Assembly (NCBI GenBank): GCA_963772455.1
Contig: CAVYXJ010000012.1
Coordinates: forward strand, 160,001-224,000
Direction of reading: 5' to 3'
DNA length: 64,000 bases
Origin: Candidatus Bathyarchaeota archaeon
GTDB lineage: Archaea; Thermoproteota; Bathyarchaeia; Bathyarchaeales; Bathycorpusculaceae
Under the pieces are notes generated by a model that had not been told where the DNA came from, did no database searches, and was given only the letters and a program-made list of their open reading frames with translations. Position numbers and translations under genes: made by a program. Below are positions 43,281 through 53,905 of this stretch, piece after piece. How positions within the stretch are numbered: the stretch's first letter is position 1; the number at the start of each line of letters is the position of its first letter.

Positions 43281-43396
43281 GAAAAATGTTAAATTGAGTA
43301 TGAGTTGATAACCTGAAGCTATGCGTTGAGTTGAATTCTCAATTTAACGCATTAAACTAAAAGAAAAAAGAAAAATGCATAGGAGAAAATAGAAGA
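43281..43396 (+). promoter_or_regulatory. BRE/TATA, 5'-UTR hairpin and GGAGA RBS of PQQ-like gene #3
   Basis: GAAAAATGTTAAAT (43281-43294); hairpin ATGCGTTGAGTTGA-ATTC-TCAATTTAACGCAT (43321-43352) with two G-U pairs. Confidence 0.65.
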
Positions 43397-46073
43397 ATGA
43401 AAGGACTGAAAAATAAAACCGCAACTATTCTGATTGTAACAATGTTTCTAACATCCATGGCAATGACAGTAAATGTAATTCCCGTAGCTTCTGCTGCAGG
43501 AACAAAACAGACCTATCCAGTAATTGGAGCTACACCCAACCCAGTAGGAGTTGGTCAAGAAACACTGATTCTGATAGGAATCACAGATGCAACATCATCC
43601 GATTTGTATGGATGGACAGGACTAACAGTAAAAGTAACAAAACCCGACGGCACGATTGAAAATCTTAACAATGGAGGCGCTGGTTATAGAACAGATTCGA
43701 CAGGATTGACAGGAGTTGTATACACACCTAATACAGTTGGCAACTATACTCTGCAATTGCACTTCCCTGAACAGATTACAGCTGTTGGCAGCGGCGGATT
43801 CTTTGGCGTCACCATACCTCCAGGAACCACAATGTTAGCCAGCGACAGCATAATTATAACGCTTGTCGTGCAACAAGAAAGAACTCCAACTCAACCAGGT
43901 TACCCTCTTCCCACTGAATATTGGGCGCGTCCAATTGATGATCAGTTAAGAGAATGGTCATCAATCGACGGAAACTGGCTGCAGACACCGCCTAATTTCT
44001 TAGCTTTTGGCAATGCTCTAGCACCAGACTCTGCTCACATACTTTGGACAACTCCACTGACTTCAGGAGGACAAGTAGGTGGAACATTAGATCCATCGCA
44101 GGAAATTCTGACTCAGGAAAGCCAATCGGGAGCATCAGGACAAGTAGGATATGACACAGGAGACGCTTACGAGGGCAAATGGGGCAGTTCCTTTGGAGGA
44201 GGAGCCCCGATAATAATGGGCGGAAAACTCTACTATCAGAAATACGCAGGTGCAGACCCAATCAAGGAAACTGTCTGTGTAGATCTGCATACGGGCAAAC
44301 AACTATGGTCCAGAGTCTTAGGAGCTAACCAATCACTAACAAGAGGACAACTAATGTATTGGCAAACATATGACTTCTACGGCGTTTACGACTATCTATG
44401 GGTTGCTACAGGTGGAAGTTTCTTTGGTCCCCCAACTCCTGGAACATGGACGGCATATGATCCATACACTGGAGACTATGTCTATACATTAACAGGAGTA
44501 CCTGGAGGCACAACTATCTACGGTAAGCACGGTGAACTGTTGATATTCACTCTTGACCAGACCGGAGGCTTTATGACCATGTGGAATTCAAGCAACATCC
44601 CCTCATTGTATGCCTAGCCCACAAGTAGGTAGTATGGGCTTTGGACAATGGGAACCCATGGGAAAAACCAGAAACGCGACGGGTCCAGCAGGAACAACAA
44701 TAGACTACAGTGATGGCAGAGGTGTTCTTCCTTATAACAGTCCGCTTACGCCAACAGGATATAGCGGCTACACTTGGAACGCAACTATACCTAAAGGATT
44801 GCTTGGAAGCGTTCGAATGGCTGTTGCAGAAGATAGAATTGTCGGTGGAATGGTAAACACAACGGACGTCATTAATTGGGCAATTGATCTGCGTCCAGGT
44901 CATCAGGGAACCTTGCTATACAATACTGATTGGAAAGCACCAAGTGACTGGTTAGCAGGAAACCAAACCATAAGCACTGGAACTGTAAGCATTATCGATA
45001 AAGTAATGACCGTAAACGCAAAAGAAAGCAGAATGCGCTATGGCTTTAGCACCGAAACAGGACAGTACCTGTGGACAATATCTGAACCTATCGCAATGTT
45101 AGGGCACCTTACTGGCGGACCATCTGGCGAAAACGGCTACATAGCTTATGGAATGCTCTTCTGTGGAACCATGAGCGGTATAATTCAAGCCTACGATGTC
45201 ACAAACGGTAGACTAGCATGGACATACCAAGTAAACGACCCCTACATGCAAACACTGTGGAGCAATAACTGGCCAGTAGGTCACTTAATCGCAGCCGACG
45301 GAAAAATCTATTTTGCAAACTTGGAACACTCAGCTAACCAACCACTACCACGCGGCGGACCATTTGTTTGTCTTAATGCTACAACTGGAGAAGTAATATT
45401 CAGAGCAAACGGTTTATTCCGTCAAACTGTCTGGGGCGGACGCGCAATCATTGGCGACAGCATAATAGCAACAATGGATACCTACGACCAACGAGTATAT
45501 GCTATTGGCAAAGGTCCAAGCGCTGTAACAGTGGAAGCACCAATGGCTGCAATTACACAGGGTTCAAGCATTGTGATACGAGGTTCCGTTACAGATGTAT
45601 CTCCTGGAACAAATAGCGACGAGCTGAATCTTCGTTTTCCAAACGGCGTTCCAGCTGTTTCCGATGCAAGCATGAGCGACTGGATGTTATATGTCTATAA
45701 GCAATTTCCACGTCCAACAGACGCTACAGGCGTCGATGTCACATTGAACGTTGTAGACGGCAACGGCAACTTTAGAGAAATCGGTAAAACCACCTCTGAT
45801 TCTTCAGGATTCTTCAGCTACCAATGGACCCCTGATATCGAAGGCAAATACACAGTGATAGCCTCGTTTGGAGGATCAAATTCGTACTATGGCTCTTTCT
45901 CTGAAACAGCTTTCGCAGTTGACCCAGCCGCACCAACACACGCACCATCTGCAACACCTCAAAGCGACATTGCAACAAATACAAGCCTAATGACCGCCAT
46001 GGCAGCCGGAGTAGTAGCAATAATTATTGCTATAGCAATAGTTGGACTGCTTATTCTTCGAAAACGACCATAA
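43397..46073 (+). CDS. PQQ-like beta-propeller surface protein #3 (one frameshift near 44612)
   Basis: Two abutting ORFs together carry all family motifs (PNPVGVGQ, PLPTEYW, GDAYEGK, EHS, IGKGPS, LRKRP). Confidence 0.88.
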
Positions 46074-46092
46074 AACGCTAAAACCAAAAATC

Positions 46093-46111
46093 ATCTTTCC
46101 CCTTTTTTAGT
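46093..46111 (+). terminator. Family-shared terminator ATCTTTCCCCTTTTTTAGT
   Basis: U-rich tract 20 nt after the stop; identical at 21155 (-) and 53710. Confidence 0.65.
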
Positions 46112-46142
46112 TTTAAATTCATGCATTGGAGATAAAAAAAAG

Positions 46143-46241
46143 GCTGAGTAGGCTCTGGTTAAAAACCATGATAACTTCCCAAGTTATCGTGAAAAAGTAA
46201 TTGCAAGTGTTCTTCCCCCCAAAAAATGCCAGAGCCTCAGC
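46143..46241 (+). other. Structured non-coding element (candidate ncRNA or MITE-like element)
   Basis: GCTGA-GTA-GGCTCTGG pairs with CCAGAGCC-TCAGC; inner hairpin CATGATAACTT-CCC-AAGTTATCGTG. Confidence 0.45.
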
Positions 46242-46399
46242 AAACCCAAAATTTTGTGAAAACAAATATTAATTATTAATTTTTTTGGAAGTCTTTTCTT
46301 GTCTTAGAATCTAACTATTTTGAATTATGAAACTGACTTATTTTCATGTCAAGAATTTATAACTGGCTTTTCATTTTAACATACTGGAGCACTAGTGAC

Positions 46400-46561
46400 A
46401 TGAATGGCCCTCAATTGCCTATAACACCCAAGGTGTGTGAAAACGTTTCTTCGCCGTGTTCAAAATGTGACAATGCAGGAGAAGAGGGACCAAACGACCC
46501 AATGCTTTGCGAGAATTGTGAGAAATTCAAGGCATGGGAAGAAAAAGAATGTTCTCCATAG
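46400..46561 (+). CDS. Small Cys-rich protein
   Basis: MNGPQLP...CSKC...CENCEKF; GGAG RBS before the ATG at 46400. Confidence 0.55.
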   Translation: MNGPQLPITPKVCENVSSPCSKCDNAGEEGPNDPMLCENCEKFKAWEEKECSP

Positions 46562-46673
46562 AATTAGTTGGTTGAAATTTCCGCATTTGACTTTTTATTG
46601 AAAAAAGTTTTCATAAGGAATTTGTTTGATTTTATCTAAGTTTTAATAACGAATAATTGGTAAAATAGTTGGA

Positions 46674-46865
46674 TTATGTACCGCAATTGCAGTTGTTGGT
46701 GTTGAGCCATTTTTTATGCCACTTAAAGTTTTCGCAGCCTTCTTTGGATTCGCAGCACATGCATTGATCTTCGCCTGTTGCTTTATTTATCATATCAATT
46801 AATTCTTTCTCGGCTTTAGGGTCAAGGCATAGCTTTTTGATTTGTTTTTCAAATTCGCCTGTCAA
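46674..46865 (-). CDS. Small Cys-rich protein
   Basis: CMCCESKEGCENFKWHKKW; GAGGAG RBS. Confidence 0.65.
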   Translation of the reverse strand: MTGEFEKQIKKLCLDPKAEKELIDMINKATGEDQCMCCESKEGCENFKWHKKWLNTNNCNCGT

Positions 46866-46915
46866 TGTATAAACTCCTCACTAATTGATATTTCAAGTAG
46901 ATATTCTTTAACATA

Positions 46916-47039
46916 ATGGTTATTGATGGACGTTAATGAGAAAACGGCAAAGCTAAAATCTGACTATAATGGCAAGACCTATTATTTCTGTAACTTTGCT
47001 AGTTGCAAAACAAATTTTGACGAGAATTCCTCTAAATAA
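46916..47039 (+). pseudogene. YHS-domain protein remnant
   Basis: MVID, then a frame jump to MDVNEKTAKLKSDYNGKTYYFC..SCKTNFDEN. The PVCG segment is missing. Confidence 0.7.
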
Positions 47040-47266
47040 GTTAAGTGTTACGATAACTAAATAGTGCATATCCTTCTTTTCTTTATTATAGCAATTTTTT
47101 GGATGTGCTAGCCTAATTTAGTGTGAGAAAATCAATAGATTTTTTTCGTTGAAAGATTTCTGTTTATTAGTTTAAGGAAAATCAAGCAGATGTGTTGCTG
47201 AAAAAAGACATGTTGATCAAGGTATGACTTCTCTCATTTTTTATCTGTTCTTTTATGACTCCTGGA

Positions 47267-49545
47267 CTATAATTTGGCTCTCCTTAGCAAGAGTGCATTA
47301 ATGAGTACGCTGATCGAACTCAGTGACATCGTGATTGCCGCAAACTCTGGAGGAATAACTATCCCAAAAGGAACAACTGTTCCCCCTGCAGCAGCAGGGA
47401 TAGCAATAACATTATATCCTGTAGCCCAAACCAAATTTTCATTCATTTTTCCCATCGTCTTTTTACTCAAAGTGATGAGTTTGGTAACGTCACGCGGATC
47501 GTTTTTAATTAAAACAACATCCGCAGACTCAACTGCAACATCAGTACCCGCACCAATAGCAATCCCGACATCAGCCTGGACCAAAGCAGGTGCATCGTTT
47601 ATACCATCACCCACCATGGCAACACGTTTTCCCTCGTTCTGAACTCATTTAATAGTACTTGCTTTCTGTTACGGAAGAACCTCAGCAAAAAAAGTAGCCA
47701 AACCCAATTCTTTAGCAACGTAAGCTGCAGTTTGCTTATTATCTCCAGTTATCATGGCTACTTCCAAACCCAACTCTTTCAGGCTTCTTATGGCTTCACG
47801 CGATTCATCTCTAATCAAATCTGCCATAGCTATCAGGCCAAGAAGTCTGTTTTCGGTCAAAAAATATACCACCGTCTTGCCTTGAGAAGAAAGTGACAAT
47901 ACTTTTTCAGACTCTGGGATTATGTTTGAATTCAATTGTCTAACCAAGTTTGCATTCCCTAAATAGACATCCTCGTTATCTATCGAGGCTTTTGCGCCTT
48001 TTCCAGGTATTGCAGTAAACTGGGTGGCTACCTCTTGCTTTCCAATCCTCCTCATGAGCTTTTTTAACAATTGCTTTTCCAATGACATGTTCAGAATTTA
48101 CTAACTGCGAGTCCCGCGACTTGAAGAAGCCGTTTCTCATCCCAGTCGCCTAGCACCACTATGTCAGTGACTCCGAATTCTCCTTTTGTCAAAGTTCCTG
48201 TCTTGTCAAACAACACGATATCGAATCTTCTTTCCAATTCTCTAACGCTTCAGCATTACTGACTAGCATACCTCTTTGGCGGCCAGTGACTGTGGCAATA
48301 AGAAGTCACTGCAGGAGTAGCTAAACCAAGTGATGGGGACAGGTAATAACGAGATAACCGTTATGGCTCTGGATGGGCAAATAGACTCCAGCTCCGATTC
48401 CAAACCAGAAGATGAAGGATCCTCCCCAACGGAATCAGCGATTAACGTAAGGTAAATGCAGCTTTATCAGCAAGCTTTTGCACGCTACGGTTTTGAAGTG
48501 ATAGCCTGTTCAACTGGTTTGTCATTTGAGCAATATAGTTGTGTCTTCGCCGTTTTTGTTACACGAAAACGGATTGCCCCTTCAGCGTTTATTGTTCCAC
48601 CAAGAATCGAATCTCTTTTTCTTCAGCGACAGGATTTGACTCTCCAGTAACCATGGCTTCGTTAACGGAGGTTACACCTTCTAAAACTACGCCGTCAATT
48701 GGGACTTTTCTCGCCAGGTCTAACTAAGAACAATATCATCGACTTTCAGCTCAGATGTCGGAACTTTAGTGACCTCTCCATCTTTAATCAAATTGGCTGT
48801 CGGGGGGATCAGTTTCACAAGTTCTTTTAATGCGCCTGAAGCATTTCTTTGAGCTCTCATTTCCATCCAATGTCCAAAAAGGATGAACGTTGCTAATGTG
48901 CTAATTTCCCAGTAGAAGTCTGGTGCTTTGAATAGGAAGGTAGCCGCTAAACTGTATAGGTATCCTGACAGTAGCGCAATACTTACTTAGAACATTCATG
49001 TCGAGGGTGTGCATTTTGAAGGACTGGATTGATCCTTTATAGAATACCTTACCGCCGTAGAGAATTACTATAGATGCTGCAATAGCAAGAACCACACTTA
49101 AGGCTAAGGATGATTGCAGAGTATAGCCTATCCATGATTGAATCGAGGGTGACAAAATAAGAACGGGAATAGTGAAAATCGCAGCAACAATAAAATTCCT
49201 TTTCAATTCAGCTTCCATCATAACATGGTGATCATGCATTGCTGGTTTTTGCGTTCCCATCTTCATTGTCATATTCATAGCTTTATGGTTCATGCCCTCC
49301 ATGGAACTTTTGGGCATGTTATGAGGCTGTTCACAATGAATTGGGCACTTCTGTAATTCAGCTATTATTTTTCTGGCGGAGGTCATGCCTTTGTGTACCT
49401 TGACTTTGAGTAGTCCATTTATTGGGTCGAAGGATGATTCAACAACATGGGGTAAGTCATTTACAATGTCTTCAACCTTGCATGTACACTCAGGAGAAAT
49501 GTAATCATTAACCTGAAGTGTTATGGTCTCAAAGTCCATCTCCAC
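47267..49545 (-). pseudogene. copB: P1B-3 (CopB-type) heavy-metal ATPase, heavily frameshifted
   Basis: His/Met-rich N-terminus, TGES, CPH (TGTCCCCAT), DKTGTLT, MITGD and [10 protein letters not shown] are spread over many frames. Confidence 0.85.
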
Positions 49546-49688
49546 TACAAAAAACCTCTAGTGCTCTATTGATTGAAATCGGATAAATACTTATACCTAA
49601 TTTGAATGCAACCAGAGAAAAATCGTGACCTTATTCTAAGAATAAACTGTCAAGAAATTATTCTTGCTTAAAGAAAGGTTTAAGTTGG

Positions 49689-49710
49689 CTGTAAACAGTA
49701 TTGTTTACAG
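49689..49710. promoter_or_regulatory. TA operator palindrome CTGTAAACA-N4-TGTTTACAG
   Basis: Perfect 9-bp inverted repeat between the TATA (TTTAAG) and the antitoxin start. Confidence 0.75.
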
Positions 49711-49718
49711 TGGTTAAT

Positions 49719-49937
49719 TTGACTCAAGTGCAATTACGTCTTCCACAAAAAACAATCGAAGAAATAGACAATTGGATAGCAGAAGGGCGCTTTAAAAATC
49801 GAAGCGACGCCATAAAATCAATTATCTCACACTATCAAGAACGCGAAAAAACATGTGTTTTCTTTAATATGCTCATTAACAGAAGCGAAGAAGCAAAAAA
49901 ACACCCAGAATCCCTAATTCCCATAGAGGAACTATAG
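49719..49937 (+). CDS. RHH (CopG/ParD-like) antitoxin
   Basis: VQLRLP...IDNWIAEGRFKNRSDAIK; overlaps the toxin start. Confidence 0.85.
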   Translation: MTQVQLRLPQKTIEEIDNWIAEGRFKNRSDAIKSIISHYQEREKTCVFFNMLINRSEEAKKHPESLIPIEEL

Positions 49938-50206
49938 TGAGCTATAAAGTACTCCTGCACCCTAAGGCAGCAAAAGAACTTCAAAAAACTGAAAAACACA
50001 TCTGCACCAGAATACTCGAAAATGCAAAACAACTGCGTGAAAACCCCGAGAAAGTCGGAAAAGCTCTAAAGCAATCAGAGTTCTGGAGCCTAAGAGTAGG
50101 TGACTATCGAGTCGTCTATGAGATTGACCTAAACAAAAATCAAGTAGTCATTCTTTTTGTTGGCCATAGAAGCAAAGTGTACGAAGACTTATCGAAAATG
50201 CTTTAA
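49937..50206 (+). CDS. relE: RelE/ParE-family toxin
   Basis: YKVLLHPKAAKEL...WSLRVGDYRVVYEI...VGHRSKVY. Confidence 0.9.
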   Translation: MSYKVLLHPKAAKELQKTEKHICTRILENAKQLRENPEKVGKALKQSEFWSLRVGDYRVVYEIDLNKNQVVILFVGHRSKVYEDLSKML

Positions 50207-50234
50207 CAACAAAAAATATCTGGAAAAAAATTTA

Positions 50235-50880
50235 TCATTTGTGTTTTTTGTGGTAGACCAACAAACCAGCAACCAAAATCACTGCAATTAAAACAATGGA
50301 AGCAATTACAATTGGCAACGTAAGAAAAGAATCTGGCGTTGGTGGTTCTGCACCAGTATTAATGGTTGGAAGATGTGTTAAAGAAGGTGCGGGTGTAGGG
50401 CTTGGTGTTGGCAAAACGGTAACTTCTGTTTTGAAATAGACTGTTTGGACATCAAGATATGTGTGAATGTGACTTCCTGTTTTGTCCCATGTTTCTTGGG
50501 TAAGTGTTAAGAAGACTCTGAGGTTGTGAGAGCCGTTGGAGAGTGCTGGTAAAGTTGCTGAGCCATCTATGTAGCTTTCAGCTTGATTAAACATGCCAAA
50601 ATAATGTTGGGTTAAAGGCAGAGCTGTTTTTTTTTGTCCATCTAAACTGTATGTCATGGAGTATTTGTAATTGTCCCATATGTCAGCGTGAAAACTTACA
50701 TTCAGAGATGAGATTTCAAACTTGTAGGTTAGGTTGGATGGAAAAACAATGTAGGGCCTGTGTAGCGTAGGGTATTCCATATTGTATTAGATTTGCTTCT
50801 GAGTTGACAGCTGGAATAATAAATAATAGGCAAGAAAAAAGCAGCAATGACAATAGGATTTCTGTTATGATTATTTTCAT
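50235..50880 (-). CDS. Secreted Ig-like TM-anchored protein (5' frameshift)
   Basis: FPSNLTY, YSLDG, LSNGSHNL, PT linker, TM plus HKKHK. The signal-peptide frame starts at 50880. Confidence 0.7.
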
Positions 50881-50928
50881 TGTTTCCCTATAATATTACT
50901 ACATCAAACTGCTCATAACTCTCCCCAA

Positions 50929-50955
50929 GGAACAGCTTGTTCCGCTAAAAGAACG
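50929..50955. promoter_or_regulatory. Palindromic operator GGAACA-GCT-TGTTCC plus half-site
   Basis: 48 nt upstream of the ATG at 50880 (-); same motif and geometry as 1394-1420. Confidence 0.6.
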
Positions 50956-51064
50956 GTCTACAAGACTCTTGACTAAAAGTAGTTAAGAATTCTGGACTAA
51001 CCCTTTTGCAGTTTTTTACGATACCTTGGAATTGAAGCTTGACAGTTCATAATCCCGATATTTC

Positions 51065-51143
51065 GCAAAGTTTTAAATGTTCACGAGTTCGGTTAGAATG
51101 TTATACACCTATTTGGTGTACTAAAATTTTGGAGAAAAGAGAA
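51065..51143 (+). promoter_or_regulatory. TATA, 5'-UTR hairpin and GGAGA RBS of PQQ-like gene #4
   Basis: TTTTAAAT (51071-51078); hairpin TACACC-TATTT-GGTGTA (51104-51120). Confidence 0.6.
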
Positions 51144-53690
51144 ATGACAAAAAATAAAACAGCAATAACTATGGCTACCCTACTAATTCTAACCTTCACT
51201 ATTTCATTAATCGCTCTGCCATCTTCTAACGCTCATACCCCTTCTTGGAAGATAGAGACTTGGGCATACATTGCGGCAGCTCCAAACCCTGTGGGCGTTG
51301 GCCAAAAAGTGTTTATCAACATGTGGGTTGATAAACCAATGCCAGAAGCTACAGTGTTTAATGACATTAGACGACACAATTACCAACTTAACATAACAAA
51401 ACCTGATGGACAAATACTTAAGCAGACTTTTGACCTCTCAGACACTACGGGAGTGCAATTCTACACTTATGTGCCTGATCAAGTTGGAGAATACTCTTGC
51501 GTTTTCTACTATCCTGGACAAGTTTACACTTGGAATTCTACATCAGCAGAGAGAGTCTTTACAAACGATGTTTTTCTACCCGCTACTAGCAAAACAGTTA
51601 CCTTCACTGTACAACAAGACCCGATACCTAATGTTTTATCTAGTTATCCATTGCCAACTGAATACTGGACTCGTCCCATTGAAGGAGAAAACACGGACTG
51701 GGCTTCAATTTCATCGAATTATCTTCGCGGCGCCCAGATTATTGATGGTGCATATCAAAAAGACGGTTTAGCCCCTAACAGCGCACACGTTATGTGGACA
51801 AAGCCACTTGATGACGGAGGAGTTGTTGGAGGAACTAACACTGGCATAGATGGAATGACTTACTACTCAGGGCTTTCATACGAAACGAAATTCATGGGCA
51901 CTATAATTATGAATGGCAGACTCTATTATCCGCTATCTCGAAGCAATAATGGTGCAGGCAACGGATATGCTGTTGTGGATTTGCGAACTGGCGAAGAAAT
52001 TTACAGGTCAGATATGGCTATGCCTTCTTTTGGTCAGCTTGAATGGTTTGATTCAGAAAACCAACATGGCGTAATTCCCAATGGCTATTTATGGTATAGT
52101 TCAGGCACTACAAGAATGATACATGACTCACTTGATGGGAAAAATCTATTCAACATAACTGGTGTTCCTTCAGGCACAATGGCATATGGACCCAATGGTG
52201 AAATACTGATCTATGTGCTTAACGTTGCTGGTAAATCGTTGGCTTTATGGAATTACACTGCTTGTTTTCCGCCATTAACTGGAACGAGCTCTTCAATGTC
52301 TCAGTATAGACCTGTTGGGCAGACGATTAATGGAAGCAATGCATATTCTTGGAACGTGACAACTTCAGCTTTACGCACGGGTTCAACTATTCGATACACT
52401 ATCACTGATGATATATTGCTTTTCAGCAACATAGCCACCACATACGCTGGCAGATACGGAACAAATGATCCCTACACGATGGGTGCAATAAGCTTGAAAC
52501 CAGCGACCCGAGGTCAAGTGCTATGGATGACCGAGTATGCTGCGCCACAACCACAAAATAGCACATTAGGCACAACCAGAGTCTATCTAACAACTGATCC
52601 AATTAACCGTGTGATACTGCTGCGAGACAAAGAGACATTGATTAACTATGGCTACAGCTTAGACAATGGAAACCTTCTATGGACTACAACTCCGCTTCCG
52701 CAAGTTCCTGACTGGGAGTATTTTAGCACAAGTGGCTTCACTGCTTACGGCAAATTCTACTATTCTGGTTACGGTGGAATAGTTTACGCTTTTGATACAA
52801 AAGACGGATCAATATTGTGGACTTATGGTAACGGTGGCGAAGGCAACAGCACTAACACTGGGCTTCAAACTCCTTGGGGTTTGTACCCAATCAACGTTGG
52901 AGCTATTGCGGATGGAAAACTCTACTTGTTCGGTTCTGAGCACTCTCCCAACGAGCCAATGTACAAAAACACGTATGTAACATGCATTAATGCCAACACT
53001 GGCGAAGAAATATGGCGAATAAAATCGTATGCTAATCCAGGCTCATTTATGGCACCGGGCTTTGCAATTGCTGACGGCTACATGGCATATCTGAATCTTT
53101 ACGATAAACAAATATACGTCATGGGTAAAGGTCCAAGCGATACCTCTGTTTCTGTATCACCGAAGGTTTCAACATTTGGCAGCAGCATAATAATTGAAGG
53201 AACAGTCATCGATATTTCTGCGGGAACAAAGCAAAAAGAGCAAGCTGCAAGATTCCCACAAGGAGTCCCAGCAGTTTCAAATGCAAGCCAAAGTGCATGG
53301 ATGGAATACATCTACATGCAAAAACCACGACCAACAGACACAACCGGCGTACCAGTTACATTGAGTGTTGTTGACGCTAATGGCAACTACAGAGACATCG
53401 GAACAACCACAAGCGACGCTGACGGATTCTTTGCATTCAACTGGAAACCAGACATAGAAGGACAATACACAGTTTGGGCTTCATTTGGCGGCTCTGAATC
53501 TTATTGGCCATCACACGCAGTAACATCATTTGCAGTCGATCCCGCAGCACCAACACACGCACCATCTGCAACACCTCAAACAAACCTTGCAACCACAGCC
53601 GATCTAATGACGTACTTAGCCGTTGGAGTAGTAGCAATAATTATTGCAATAGCACTAGTCGGATTGCTTATACTTCGAAAAAAGCCATAA
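51144..53690 (+). CDS. PQQ-like beta-propeller surface protein #4
   Basis: Intact ORF with likely ATG at 51144 after GGAGA; all family motifs; TM plus LRKKP. Confidence 0.9.
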   Translation: MTKNKTAITMATLLILTFTISLIALPSSNAHTPSWKIETWAYIAAAPNPVGVGQKVFINMWVDKPMPEATVFNDIRRHNYQLNITKPDGQILKQTFDLSDTTGVQFYTYVPDQVGEYSCVFYYPGQVYTWNSTSAERVFTNDVFLPATSKTVTFTVQQDPIPNVLSSYPLPTEYWTRPIEGENTDWASISSNYLRGAQIIDGAYQKDGLAPNSAHVMWTKPLDDGGVVGGTNTGIDGMTYYSGLSYETKFMGTIIMNGRLYYPLSRSNNGAGNGYAVVDLRTGEEIYRSDMAMPSFGQLEWFDSENQHGVIPNGYLWYSSGTTRMIHDSLDGKNLFNITGVPSGTMAYGPNGEILIYVLNVAGKSLALWNYTACFPPLTGTSSSMSQYRPVGQTINGSNAYSWNVTTSALRTGSTIRYTITDDILLFSNIATTYAGRYGTNDPYTMGAISLKPATRGQVLWMTEYAAPQPQNSTLGTTRVYLTTDPINRVILLRDKETLINYGYSLDNGNLLWTTTPLPQVPDWEYFSTSGFTAYGKFYYSGYGGIVYAFDTKDGSILWTYGNGGEGNSTNTGLQTPWGLYPINVGAIADGKLYLFGSEHSPNEPMYKNTYVTCINANTGEEIWRIKSYANPGSFMAPGFAIADGYMAYLNLYDKQIYVMGKGPSDTSVSVSPKVSTFGSSIIIEGTVIDISAGTKQKEQAARFPQGVPAVSNASQSAWMEYIYMQKPRPTDTTGVPVTLSVVDANGNYRDIGTTTSDADGFFAFNWKPDIEGQYTVWASFGGSESYWPSHAVTSFAVDPAAPTHAPSATPQTNLATTADLMTYLAVGVVAIIIAIALVGLLILRKKP

Positions 53691-53709
53691 AACAAAAAAC
53701 CCTAAAACA

Positions 53710-53728
53710 ATCTTTCCCCTTTTTTAGT
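53710..53728 (+). terminator. Family-shared terminator ATCTTTCCCCTTTTTTAGT
   Basis: Identical to the copies after paralogs #1 and #3. Confidence 0.65.
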
Positions 53729-53905
53729 TTAGATTAATGCCCGTTATATGATTATTTAATGTTAATAATTTTTTATTCCAAAATTTGAATGTAGAATTTA
53801 GGTATCTTGTTTGATATTTTTCCAATAAGTGAGTAGGCTGAATGATAACCACACAGTTGCTTTTGACTTAGACAATTAATTTGTCAAATTTCTTTTGCAA
53901 CAATT

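Noticed and set aside
21193-53690. Diversity-generating retroelement acting on the PQQ-like genes
   Set aside because: No reverse transcriptase and no repeat pair differing specifically at adenines.
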